From: Candidatus Micrarchaeia archaeon
GTDB taxonomy: Archaea > Micrarchaeota > Micrarchaeia > CABMEP01
Length of the DNA: 64,000 bases
Reading direction: 5' to 3'
NCBI GenBank assembly: GCA_038881595.1
Contig: JAVZPM010000001.1
Location: 295,335 to 359,334, forward strand
Part shown: in pieces, positions 48,936 through 60,900 of the stretch
How positions within the stretch are numbered: position 1 is the first letter of the stretch
How the letters are laid out: every line of letters begins with the position of its first letter
Notes under the pieces: generated by a model
Databases searched by the model: none
Seen by the model: only the letters and a program-made list of their open reading frames with translations
Told to the model about the DNA's origin: nothing
Made by a program: the position numbers and the translations under genes

Positions 48936-50867
48936 TTACTGCTTATTGATTATCTCCATTGCTTCTTGTGGATCAATATTCAATCTGTACTTAGCCATCA
49001 ATCTTTGAATTTCTTTTGCACTTTTTATTTCTTCTTTTTCTATTATCTCCTTTAATTTTTCTCCAGATATGCGCATGAGTCTGGCACTTGAAATTATTCC
49101 TTCTATTTCTTCCATATTCTCTGCTATTACTTGCTTTTTCTCTGCAACTAGCTTGAGTACTTCAGGTATTGCTGCCTTTGTTATCTTTCCATCTCTGTAA
49201 AGAATGAGTATCTTCTTTATTTTTTCTTCGCTTAATGAATTTACATCTACACCTTCTCTTCTTAGTGATTTAATTGTGTCTTCGCATGTGACAGCAGCAA
49301 CAGTAGGATTCACTCCTTCTTCTACAAGTTCAAGAAATAGATTCAGCTTTTCAGATCTTATTATCTTTCCAGCCATATCTGCATTCAAAAGGGACCTCAC
49401 TCTTTCTTCTATTTCTTGGAAAGGCGCAAAGTTCTGGCTTTCAGCAATCATCTCTTCAGTTATTCTTATAGGAGCAATATCTGTTTCTGGATACATTCTT
49501 GCAGATCCAGGCAATGGTCTCATGTAATGCGTTCTACCTTGTAAATCCGCTCTTCTTGTTTCTTCAGGAACATTGGTTGCGTATGCTCTTTTGAACACAA
49601 GCTTCAATGCAGAAATGCATTGTTCCTTTTCTCCAACTACAATTATCCATCCATCGTCATGATTAAGCTTTAAGACATTTGCTATCTCTCCGATTTCATT
49701 TCTAATATTATATTTATCTATATTCTCATCAGAATGAATTATTCCACCGAGACCCTGTGTTTTTGCATAGTCGCTGAGTTCGCTACCATACCTATAATCA
49801 GGATAGAGCTCAATTCCAAATATTCCTTTCATTCCTGGCAGTTTGATTGCAAAAACAGATTTTCCGTTTTCAATTGCTTTCTTTATCATTTTGCTTCCTG
49901 TATTTGTGAATAAATGAGTTACATCTTTTATTTCCTTCTCTATTTTTTCGTCTACTTTTTCAGGATCTCCTTCGATAATATGGTTTACTTCTTTATATTT
50001 GCTTAGTATACTCTTTATCTTTTCACATATCTCTATCAACTTGCTTTGTCTTTTTATTTCGTTTTCAATAACTGTTTCTATCAGTTCTAATTCCTGAACT
50101 CCTTTTATTTCAACTCTTGCTCCCCCAGGTATAGAAATGTTAAGATCTTGTCTTATTGTCCCTATCCCTCTCATCATTTTTCCCGTGGATCTTAGCATCA
50201 GTCCGATTCTCTCTGCAACCATTCTTGCCTCTTTTCCGCTCTTTATATCAGGAGTTGTAGCAATTTCAACAAGAGGAATGCCAAGTCTATCAAGCCTGAA
50301 GCTTTCTATCTCTCCTTTCTGCTCTCCTATTATTCCACAGCTTTCCTCTTCTATTGCTATCGTTTGTATTCCTATTTCCTTTTCACTTTTTTCTTGTATG
50401 TCTGTATCTTTATTATTTTCTTTAATATTTTCTTCATTAATTTCATATCTCAGTTTTCCATTCATTCCGAATATTGCAGTTCTTTGGAATCCAGATGTGT
50501 TGGATCCGTCGATTACGGTTTTTCTCATGACATGTATCTCATCAACAATTTCTGCTTCAAACATATTGCAGATCATTAGTCCAAGTAATATTGCTTCTTT
50601 ATTCATTTCATGTGGAGGCTCATCGTCTGTTTCAACCAAACAACAAGTATCTTTGTAAAAATCATATCTGTGCAATGGTGCTTTCTTTGATTCAAAAAGA
50701 GCAGCAGGATCCACCTGTCCAAGTTCACTTGGAACTGCGTGAAGCTTTCTTCTCAGCTCTCTTGTCTTTTCTTCATTTCCTTTAGTGCTACAGCTGCAGA
50801 ATAGCTTATTTTTTGTTGCGAGCCTTTGATGCAGTTCCAATCCGATCTTAATTCCTTCAATTCCCAT
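48936..50867 (-). CDS. gatE: Glu-tRNA(Gln) amidotransferase subunit E
   Basis: GLELHQRL, DGSNTSGFQRT, LDRLGIPLVEI, RGIGTIRQD, ARMYPETD. Confidence 0.96.
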   Translation of the reverse strand: MGIEGIKIGLELHQRLATKNKLFCSCSTKGNEEKTRELRRKLHAVPSELGQVDPAALFESKKAPLHRYDFYKDTCCLVETDDEPPHEMNKEAILLGLMICNMFEAEIVDEIHVMRKTVIDGSNTSGFQRTAIFGMNGKLRYEINEENIKENNKDTDIQEKSEKEIGIQTIAIEEESCGIIGEQKGEIESFRLDRLGIPLVEIATTPDIKSGKEARMVAERIGLMLRSTGKMMRGIGTIRQDLNISIPGGARVEIKGVQELELIETVIENEIKRQSKLIEICEKIKSILSKYKEVNHIIEGDPEKVDEKIEKEIKDVTHLFTNTGSKMIKKAIENGKSVFAIKLPGMKGIFGIELYPDYRYGSELSDYAKTQGLGGIIHSDENIDKYNIRNEIGEIANVLKLNHDDGWIIVVGEKEQCISALKLVFKRAYATNVPEETRRADLQGRTHYMRPLPGSARMYPETDIAPIRITEEMIAESQNFAPFQEIEERVRSLLNADMAGKIIRSEKLNLFLELVEEGVNPTVAAVTCEDTIKSLRREGVDVNSLSEEKIKKILILYRDGKITKAAIPEVLKLVAEKKQVIAENMEEIEGIISSARLMRISGEKLKEIIEKEEIKSAKEIQRLMAKYRLNIDPQEAMEIINKQ

Positions 50868-50886
50868 CCATATCCCCAGAATTGGT

Positions 50887-52182
50887 TTATTCTTCATTTC
50901 TTTCTGTTATCTCTCCAGCAATATTTGTTTCCATTATTTTCTTCACTTCATTTATACTTTGAGCATGAGCTAATGCATACATAAGTTTGACAAATGCAGC
51001 CTCAGGTGTCCAATCCATTAGATGACCTATCACTCCTGCTTCTTTCATCAGCCTTCCAGTTTCATAAACATTAAGATTTATTCTTCCGTTTATTGTTTGT
51101 GAAGAAATAACAATTGGCTTCTTATTAGAATATTTCTTTATTATTTCAATCATTCCTGTGGATATATGGCCAAGTCCTGTTCCAACTAGAACAATTCCAT
51201 CGTGTTTTTCAATCATATGTTCAAGAATCTCTTTTTTCATTCCAGGATAGAAATAAACAAGAGCTACATTCCTGTTTAGTTCTGTATCTAAAATGAATTT
51301 ATTTTCCCCTCTTTTTACATAGCTTGAAAGTATTTCTATTCTATCTTCATCAGGCCATATCTTAGCTATAGGAGTAGAATTTATACTTTTGAAAGCATCT
51401 CTTCTACTTGTATGCATCTTTCTTGCCTTTGTTCCTCTATGGAGATAGCAGTAATCATCATTCTCTGTTCCATGCATACAGATTGTTATCTCTGCAATAT
51501 CACTTTCAGCTGCAATAATTGCAGCCATCAAATTCATCATATTATCTGACGATCCTCTATCACTGCTTCTTTGAGCACCAACTAAAACTATGGGAACAGG
51601 AGTTTTTATCATGTAAGAGAGTGCTGCAGCAGTATAATGCATTGTATCAGTTCCATGCATCAATACAATTCCTTTGCAGCCTTTTTCTATTTCATCTTTT
51701 ATAGCGTTCCCTATTTCAATCCAATGGTCTGGAGTTATATTTTCGGAAAGAATCGAGAAAAGCATCTTAGTCCTAATTTTTTTATTCTTAAGCTGTGGGA
51801 AAGATTCTATTAATTCTTCGCTTGTTATTGCAGGATACACCGCTCCTGTTTTATATTCTATTTTAGAAGCAATCGTGCCACCGCAACCAAGTATTACTAT
51901 CTCTTTATTAGGATCTGTTGTTTCCTTTTTTTCTTCTATATGTCTTTTATTCTCTTTTTTTATTTCTGCAGTTTCTATCTTTTCTATGTCAATTATCCTG
52001 TTAACCTCTATTCCTATATTGTATCCATTTGTAAGCTTAAGTATAAGGCATTCTTTATCTCCATATCCAATTCTAGGCATTATTCTTCCTTTGTATTCAT
52101 TCTTTTCAGTCTTTAGCAGAACTAGATCTCCTTCTTTTAGGCCTTTGTATTCTAATATTTTTCTTATATTCTCTCCATACAT
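50887..52182 (-). CDS. gatD: Glu-tRNA(Gln) amidotransferase subunit D
   Basis: GYNIG, GGTIAS, HGTDT, AQRSSDRGSSD, KMHTSRRDAF. Confidence 0.96.
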   Translation of the reverse strand: MYGENIRKILEYKGLKEGDLVLLKTEKNEYKGRIMPRIGYGDKECLILKLTNGYNIGIEVNRIIDIEKIETAEIKKENKRHIEEKKETTDPNKEIVILGCGGTIASKIEYKTGAVYPAITSEELIESFPQLKNKKIRTKMLFSILSENITPDHWIEIGNAIKDEIEKGCKGIVLMHGTDTMHYTAAALSYMIKTPVPIVLVGAQRSSDRGSSDNMMNLMAAIIAAESDIAEITICMHGTENDDYCYLHRGTKARKMHTSRRDAFKSINSTPIAKIWPDEDRIEILSSYVKRGENKFILDTELNRNVALVYFYPGMKKEILEHMIEKHDGIVLVGTGLGHISTGMIEIIKKYSNKKPIVISSQTINGRINLNVYETGRLMKEAGVIGHLMDWTPEAAFVKLMYALAHAQSINEVKKIMETNIAGEITERNEE

Positions 52183-52241
52183 GCAACTACCTGTTTTCAT
52201 TCAAAGATCAATCAAAAGTAAAAAATAATTAAGAAAGAGAA

Positions 52242-53072
52242 TCAGCCGAATATGTATCCAACTATTCCCATAAACGTGTATAATGGTTCAAGTGTTAATG
52301 GGAATATCAATATTCCATTCTTTGTTGCTTTTATGTCTCCTATAACATCAGATTTGACAGTAAGCCCAACATCATATGTATGCTTGAGTCTTTCACTTGA
52401 GATTGATTTTACTATGATAGTCGGCTTGTATTCCTTTTCTTCATTTACTGCAATCTCATAGAACGTGTTTACAGTCTGTCCTGCTGCTACATGTATACTC
52501 TTTTTCATGTTCCATGCAGGTACTCCTTCAGAATATATTTCAAAAACATCATTCGCAGCTCCTTTGTTCTCTATTTTTATAGGATATCTTGCAGGCTGGC
52601 CAACACCGGTTGTTATTCCAACTGTCGGCATGTATGTTTTCATTACATCTCTACTTATCTTCACTCTTCCAAAAAACATTACGCTACCAAGTCCTTGCTT
52701 TGCCTCACAAACTTCATTTTTATTTTCACATTCTGTGAGTATTAGCTTTACAATATATGTTCCATCTGGCGCATTGGGATCTGCTTTGATTGTGGCTCTC
52801 ATGTTTTTTGCATAAACCATACTGTCGAATCCTTGCCATCCCTTAGGCACTTCCAGTACGCCCAGTACACCCCAGTTTGCTTCAAGTCCACCCTTTCCTA
52901 TATCAGTTCCTTTTACAGTTATTGCCAGAGTTTGTCCTGGGCCTATTGTACCTAGGTCAACTGTTTCGCCTTCAGAAACAGTTGCAACAACCGGTTCAAG
53001 TATCTTTACAGAAGATGAAAACACTGCACCGATTAACAATAATAATACAAACAGAATAGATATTTTCTTCAT
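52242..53072 (-). CDS. Hypothetical secreted beta-rich protein with C-terminal hydrophobic anchor
   Basis: Signal peptide from MKKISIL; Ig-like pattern; divergent from pilin 4. Confidence 0.7.
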   Translation of the reverse strand: MKKISILFVLLLLIGAVFSSSVKILEPVVATVSEGETVDLGTIGPGQTLAITVKGTDIGKGGLEANWGVLGVLEVPKGWQGFDSMVYAKNMRATIKADPNAPDGTYIVKLILTECENKNEVCEAKQGLGSVMFFGRVKISRDVMKTYMPTVGITTGVGQPARYPIKIENKGAANDVFEIYSEGVPAWNMKKSIHVAAGQTVNTFYEIAVNEEKEYKPTIIVKSISSERLKHTYDVGLTVKSDVIGDIKATKNGILIFPLTLEPLYTFMGIVGYIFG

Positions 53073-53232
53073 AATATTACCTCTTTTTTTGGTCAAATAA
53101 CTGACGTGTTAAATGCATCTACTAATATTTAGTATTAAATATTCATTCCTTAGAAAACTTTATAAATTAATAGTTTAAATATGTTTTTTGTAAGAGATTA
53201 ATATTGCATTGAAAATCTGTTGGTGATTCAAT

Positions 53233-53592
53233 ATGAGGAAATTATTTACTATTGTTTTTCTGTCATTAATTTTTAGTATAATATTTGCACAGTCAACAAC
53301 ATCTACTACAAGTTCGTCAAGTGAAAAAATTAAAGATGCTATTTGTGCAGTTTATAATCTCTTAAACGGTTTGCTTCCAGTTATGGCATTTGTTCTCTTT
53401 GTTCTTGCCGGTGTTGCATATGCAGCAGGAAATTTCTTTGGTGCAGAGATGAGGGCAAAGGCAACAGGCTGGGCAATGAACATGATAACTGGAGCAATTA
53501 TTGCATTGATTTTATCTGCTATAGGACCCACGATATTATCTGCATTATCTAACACTACAATTGATGAGACTATCTGTTCTGGATATACTTGA
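53233..53592 (+). CDS. VirB2/TrbC-like pilin 4 (separate locus)
   Basis: IFA|Q cleavage; VLAGVAYAAGNFFGAEMRAKATGWA; clear paralogue of pilins 1-3. Confidence 0.75.
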   Translation: MRKLFTIVFLSLIFSIIFAQSTTSTTSSSSEKIKDAICAVYNLLNGLLPVMAFVLFVLAGVAYAAGNFFGAEMRAKATGWAMNMITGAIIALILSAIGPTILSALSNTTIDETICSGYT

Positions 53593-53621
53593 AATAAAAT
53601 TTAGTAATATTTGGTGGTATT

Positions 53622-54041
53622 ATGGCATTTTCGAAGCAACAGGTCGGATATTTTGCATTCATCGCAGGACTTTTTGTAGCTGCATTCGTTGCAGTTGCTT
53701 ATCCAGCATTAATGCCAGTCCATGTCTACTCGCTTGGGCTTTTGGGCATTATAATAGGATTGCTTAACATTGAAGCAAGAGAAGTATGGCCATACATCCT
53801 GGCAGCAGTTGCATTCCTTGTTGCATCAACAACATTCACACAGACTATCGATGCATTGCCTATAGTGAATCTTCTTCTTGAAAGATTCCTTAATGCATTG
53901 ATATACATTGTAGGACCAGGCGCATTCGTAGTCTCATTAAGAATAATATACGAGGCAGCAAAGTCAAGAGAATCTCTTCCACACCCATTGAAAGAAGAAA
54001 AGGCAGTCGCAAAGAAAGCTCCAATGAAAAGAAAGAGATAA
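53622..54041 (+). CDS. Small four-TM membrane protein
   Basis: GIIIGLLNI...E motif; hydrophobic helices; basic tail. Confidence 0.7.
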   Translation: MAFSKQQVGYFAFIAGLFVAAFVAVAYPALMPVHVYSLGLLGIIIGLLNIEAREVWPYILAAVAFLVASTTFTQTIDALPIVNLLLERFLNALIYIVGPGAFVVSLRIIYEAAKSRESLPHPLKEEKAVAKKAPMKRKR

Positions 54042-54186
54042 TTATTCTTTCTTTTTTTGATTTTTTATTTCCTATTTTTACCAACCAAAATATTTCCTAT
54101 TCTTATTTTAAAATATTTGTTAAGAATCAGAATAATATTAAGAAATTGAAAAAATCAGAATAATATTAGAAATAAAAAATTATTAA

Positions 54187-54735
54187 TTATTCAGCTGCTG
54201 GAGCAGTTCCATAAACTTCATCAACTACTTCTACTTTATAAGAACCCGGTAGTTTTATTCTTGCTCTTCTGAATGCCTCTTTTACGTGTGGAAGGTCTTT
54301 ATCTTGAACTCTTGCAGTGTAAACGACCGTTCCTTCATAAACTCTTGCAGCTCGGTCAGAAGGCTTGCCCCATGCATGCTTCATTCCTTTCTGAATACGA
54401 TCCGCACCTGCTCCGAATACCATCTTGATTTCTCTTATAACATGGTGTGGTTGTACCCTCAAGAATAAATGATATTGTCCAGGTATTTTTGCTTCAAGAT
54501 ATTTGTTTGCAGCCTGTCTTGATGCTTCAAGTGCATTGTCTCTTATCTGAACTGGCTTAGTTGCAACAAGATCTACTCTCTTAGTATAGTACCCCTTCTG
54601 ATTACCCATAGAAGTAATTTGTATTGCATTATGTGGCATTGACTTGACATAACTCTTTCTTGGCTTTTTGATTGAGTATCTTGTCCATGCTTGTTTTTTG
54701 ATTTCTCTTACAATTCTTCCTGGTCTTAATCCCAT
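54187..54735 (-). CDS. rpl10e: 50S ribosomal protein L10e (uL16)
   Basis: QIRDNALEASR, GAGADRIQKGMKHAWGKP, KLP. Confidence 0.96.
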   Translation of the reverse strand: MGLRPGRIVREIKKQAWTRYSIKKPRKSYVKSMPHNAIQITSMGNQKGYYTKRVDLVATKPVQIRDNALEASRQAANKYLEAKIPGQYHLFLRVQPHHVIREIKMVFGAGADRIQKGMKHAWGKPSDRAARVYEGTVVYTARVQDKDLPHVKEAFRRARIKLPGSYKVEVVDEVYGTAPAAE

Positions 54736-54916
54736 AAATAACACCTTGAATAAAATTCATCCATCTCTGATAAAAAAGAGACAGTAAAGTATTTTATCAA
54801 ATTAAATTTAAATATCTTTCTGTAATTAATTTATTAAAAAAAATAAATCTTTAGCGACCATTCAGAAACATTAGATTTAAATATAGAATTATTATATATT
54901 TACTTAAGGGTGTAAC

Positions 54917-57900
54917 ATGTATTCTAAAGTTTTCAATAGAGTTTTATTTGCTTTCTTAGCTATTCTATTTTTATCTGAATTTGTGTCGGCCCAATGCCCT
55001 TCTGGAATGATTTCTTATTGGAAATTTGACGAAGGAAGCGGAACAGTAGCTTATGATTTTTTGGGAAGAAATAATGGAACATTAGTCAATGGCCCAACTT
55101 GGACTACTGGAATAATCGGATCAGCTATCAATTTTGACGGCGTGAATGATTATGGTCAAGTTTCAAGAACAATAAGTGATGATTTTACCGTTATACTTTG
55201 GGTTAAGACAACACAGACTGCAGGCACTGGTCCGTGGTGGGCTGGAAATGGAATTTTTGATTCTGAAGTTTGTGGTGTTACTAATGATTTTGGTATCTCA
55301 TTACTTGGTTCAAAAGTAGGATTTGGTATAGGTAATCCAGATACTACAATTAGTTCCACATCAGATATTAATAATGGTCAATGGCATTTTGTTGCAGCCA
55401 CACGAAACAAATCAAATGGTGCAATTAAAATTTATGTTGATGGATCTTTACAATCATCAGGTACTGCAAATACAAATTCACTTACCGCATCTTCCTGGAT
55501 AGGTATAGGAAACAGTCCATGCAACATTGGAGCAAATCAGAGATGGTTCCAAGGATATATAGATGAAGTTGCAATCTTCAATCGTACTCTTTCAGATTCA
55601 GAAATACAACAATTATATCAAATTTCCAGTGGTGGGAAAGATTATTGTTCTATTTCAGCTGTTGTTAATTTCACATCCCCAACTCCGTCAAATAGATCAA
55701 TAATCACAACTAACTACGTTGAAATTAATGCAACAATCGACATTTTAAATACATCAGCAAATTTTGACACATTCAAATTCAATTGGAACGGAACTAATTA
55801 TTCAATTTATGACCCATCATTAGTTCTTGCAATGAACTTCAACAACAATTCAGCAATCGGAGAATCAGGAACCAAAGTAGTTGACATCTCAAAATACGGA
55901 AATAATGGTACATGTACAAACATGGGATCCACATGCAACTACACATCAGGCAAATTCGGATCTGCAATCAGCTTTGATGGTGTGGATGATTATATTAATT
56001 TAGGTTCATCTTCTTATCTAACACCAGGTTCTGGGAATTTTACAGTTATGGCATGGATAAGATCAAATTCTACAGCACAAGGTCAAATTGTTGCAAGACA
56101 TGGTGGTGTGCAACAATATTGGGCATTTACTAAAACTGATAAGGTTCGATTTGTAATACGTGACCAATCAATGAATGAACCGATGGTTACTTCATCTTCA
56201 TTTGTAACTAATAATACTTGGATCCATGTCGCTGCTGTGCGTGATATTGTTACTGACAAATTATATATCTATATTAATGGCGTTCTAGAAAATTCAACAA
56301 CAGATACGACAACAGGTCCAATCGATGCTACAGGTTTAACCACTGCAGTTGGAAGATTGGGTGGTACTGCACAAGAATACTTTAACGGTTCAATAGACGA
56401 AGTCCGCATCTACAACCGTGCTTTATCAGCAGACGAAATCAAAATGCATTATCAGATGGAATTCCAGAAATACAATTCAACTCAATACAGATTCTATAGC
56501 AATATTACAAATTTAAATGAAGGTAATTATACTTATTATGCATGGGCAAATGACACTTCGGGATTAAGCGGACAGAGTGAAATTAGAAGTTTAACTTATC
56601 AGCGAGAAATCGGTTGGTGGAATTCCTCCTTCCCATATAGAAAACAGATAAACATTACATCTTCAACTCCACTTACAGATTATCAAGTAGCACTTAACAT
56701 AACTTACAATTCACATATGCAATTAGACTTTGATGACATAAGATTTGTTCAAGGTGGAACTAAATTACCATATTGGATTGAAGACAAAGTAGATGGGCAG
56801 TGGGCATATGTATGGGTTAAAGTGCCAGTAATCAATTCTACTTCTTACATCCACATGTATTACGGCAATCCTTCTGTAGTAAATGAGAGCAACATCTCTT
56901 CTACATTCATTTTTGGAGATGATTTCTCAACTAATACTATTTCACAATATATTATAAATGGCGGTGGTTCAGCTTCAATTTCAGACGGATATATGAAAAT
57001 AAATGGAATAGCAGGAAATACAGTTATAGCTCCACAAACACAATCCCCATCATCTTCTTATATCATTGAAATGAGAGCAAACTATACTGAGTTAGGTTCA
57101 GGTGGCGATGTCTGGATTGGACCATTAGGATTCCAAAGTTCTATTGGATCAACAAATACAGGTTATGTATTACAATATGGTAGACTATCTGGAAATAGAG
57201 TAATTGATGTTGAAAGATTTACGCAGGCGCATCTTAGCTATTTATATGTTGATGCACTACCGACTACACAATTTAGAATAATAAAAGGTAAATTCTATCC
57301 AGGAAACCTTAATGTAAGTATAGATAGAAATGATAGCAAATCAGCTAGATCTACAAACTCTATATACACCAGCGGTTATTACGGAATAAGAAATTGGTAT
57401 TCAAATGCTTGGATTGATTGGTACTTTGTTAGAAAATATTCTGATATAGAGCCTTCTTATTCCTTAGGAGCGGAGGAATTAGGTGTTCAACCTTCAGCTT
57501 CTATAGCTATAGTTTATCCAACTAATAATTCTTATATTCCGAGAGGAGCAAATGTTCAACCTGAAGATGTAAAATATTTAGTTTCAGATTATACAACATT
57601 AATTGCCAAAGTTTATGATGATTCGACAGCGGAAGGAATTCCAGGAGCAACTTGTTACTTCTTTATTAATGGAACTCAAATCGGTTCAAATACAACTAAC
57701 TCATCAGGCTTCTGCCAATTTGCTTATCTTGTAGCAGATAAGAATCCAGGATTGTATAATCTAAGTGTAAACTTTACTTCATCTTATAATGTTTCAATCC
57801 CAGAATCCAATGTTTTATTCTACATTTCGAAGTACTATGCAACTCCTTCATTTAACAATCTTAGATTGGTAGATGGAACATACGTATATAAAGACGGAGA

Positions 57901-60900
57901 TGCAATCGTTGTAAAAGTTAATGTAACAAGAGACATAGGAAATGGGAATGAACCTTATGATCCACAAAACATAAGATTCAATGTCACAGATCACTCAGGT
58001 TCTGTTACTCTTGCAGTTCTTAATTACCCAGGCGAGATAGTAAGAACTGACGAAGGCCAGTACTATGCAACAATCATAGCAAATTACAGTTTAACTTCAT
58101 TAGTTAGATTTGACGTTCTTATAAGCGATGACAATTTTGTATCTTACCTTGCATCTTCAGCGCATAGTGATAGAGACATAATTCCTGCAGATGGTAATTC
58201 AACATACTATCTTATTAATTCAAGTGGAAATAAGATTCCAACAAATCTTACTATTTATGATAGAAATGGATTTATGCTAGTATCTCAAGAAATTCAAGAA
58301 GGAGGACAATTTACAAGGCCATATTCATTGAATGACAAATATAGAATAATCTTTAGTTCTGATAAATTCATGCTTGATCTCAATGGTTTCAATATCAGCG
58401 GAAACTTTAACATTAATCCACAATATGTTATTAATACTTCAATTTCTAATAGACCTGTAGGAATAGCAATGATAAGTGATCTTATCGCATTACAGTCAGG
58501 CTATTCATTTGACAGTGCAAAGATTGTGTTGCCAATTATTGATAGATTAGATAAGATCTGCAGCTGTGAAAATTGGAACTTTGTAACAGCAAGCTGTTCT
58601 GGAGAATGGGTTTGCAATGCAACATCAGGTTATGCAGGATTTGATTATAATTCAACACACTTCTGGTTTAATGTAACTCACTTTACAGGATATGCAGGAG
58701 GAGCAGGTTATAATGCTAATTTAACAATATATGACAGCAATGATACAGAAGGAGGAGGATTTACAATCCAGACAAATCAACAAGCAAAGTTTTATGCAAA
58801 CTACAGTAATTCAACATCAGGTTCTCCAATCAATGGAACAGGAGTCTACTGTGAGATAACATTTAATGTAAGTGGTGAGTGGACTGATCCAGTTAATATG
58901 ACATTCAACACCTCATCCTTGCTTTATGAATATAATAGAAGCTTTATAGAAGTAGGAACATACAACTGGAATGTAACATGCAATGGAAGTGCGCTAGGCT
59001 ATGATCTATTAACAGCAAACGACACAATTCCAGTAGTTCAAGGAGGACTCACACAATGTGGCACCCTTGATCAACCAGGTGAAACCTACACTCTCACTCA
59101 AAATGTTTCATCATCAGGAACATGCTTCACAATTGCAGCTGACAACATTACTCTTGACTGCCAAGGATATACAATCAATCATACCAGTTCAGGTTCTGGA
59201 GTATATGCATCAGGAAGAACCAGTATAGCAATTAGAAATTGTACTGTAATTGGAGATACTAGCTCGGATAACTATGGAATTTACTTAAATTCAGTTTCAA
59301 ATAGTAGCATTACTAATGTGACTGTAATGTTACATCGGACCGGGATCTATCTTATATTCAGTTCGAACAACATTCTTTCCACAATAATTATGAATTCAAA
59401 TAACGTAGGTATAGATATCTTTTCAAGTTCAGGTAATACATTTTTCAATTTAAGTGCTGATTTAAATGATAATTACGGTGTTAGTTTAGGCTACAACTCC
59501 CAATACAATTCTCTTTCGGACATTATCACTTCAAACAGCATATATGGTATCTCGATAACCGGTTCAAATAATAATATTTCCAATATCACTACTTTAAGCA
59601 ACTTTTATGGAATTTCTTCGGCTTCAAATTATAATAACATTATTTACAATATAACTACTATGAATAATTACTATGGTCTAGTACTATCCTCAAGCTTTAA
59701 TAATACAATCACAAACATCAATTCATTAAACAATGAGTATGGCATCTCCCTTTCCTCCAGCTCTAACAACTTATTCTATAACAATTTATTTAACAATACA
59801 AACAATATTAATATTTATTTCTATGGTGATGTTTACGAAAACTTCTGGAACACAACACTCGATTGTTCATCAGGTCCTAACATAGTTGGTGGTCAATGCA
59901 TAGGTGGTAACTTTTATGCAACCACATCAGGAAATGGATTTTCTGAAACATGTACAGACAATGATGGAAATGGAATTTGTGATTCAGCTTATACACTTGT
60001 AACTGACAATATCGATTTTCTCCCACTTGCAGTTCCTCCAATTCCACCGATTGAACTTACAACATGTGGAACACTCGATCAGGAAGGAAAAACTTATATT
60101 CTCACTCAAAATGTTTCATCATCAGGAACATGCTTCACAATTGCAGCTGACAACATTACTTTTGATTGTAAAGGACACACAATAGAAACAATAGATGGAA
60201 ATGGAAAAGGCATTTATCTAAATGGAAGAAACAATGTAACAATAAAGAATTGTATAATTGATGGAAATTATTCAGGAACTTCTTCTTATTACATTTATGG
60301 AATACATGCTCAATACAGCAATAACCTTAGTATACAAAATAACACTTTATTTGATAACTTCAATGGAATATTCTTAGAATATACAACCAATAGTAATATA
60401 ACTGAAAACAATGCATCTAACAATGGAAATTACGGAATCTTCTTGCAGCAGCAATGCAATAATAATATAATTTCAGATAATTATGCATCAAATAATTCAT
60501 ATGGAAATATCTTCATTGCATGGAACTCTCAAAATAATCAGATCGTAAACAATGAAGTTTCATTAGGAATGTATGGAATAATTGCACAATATAATATTGA
60601 TAATGTTACAATCGCAAATAATACAATCACATCAATAAATGGAAACGGAATATACCTTATTGGAGTAACCAATTCTTACATTACAAATAACAATGCTTCA
60701 GGAAATGGAAATGGTATTTCAGCATCTTCTTCTTCCAATATAATATTTGAAAATAATAGTATTAATAATAGTTATTCAGGAATGTGGCTGACACAAATTA
60801 GTTATTCAAACATCATAAATAATAGATTCAATTCATATATTAATAATGGATTAAGACTAGAATCAAATAGTCAATTCAACAATATAACATATAATATATT

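Noticed and set aside
54125..54168. 16-nt direct repeat aatcagaataatatta as a CRISPR remnant
   Set aside because: Only two AT-rich copies with a 12-nt gap in a convergent terminator region; no cas genes
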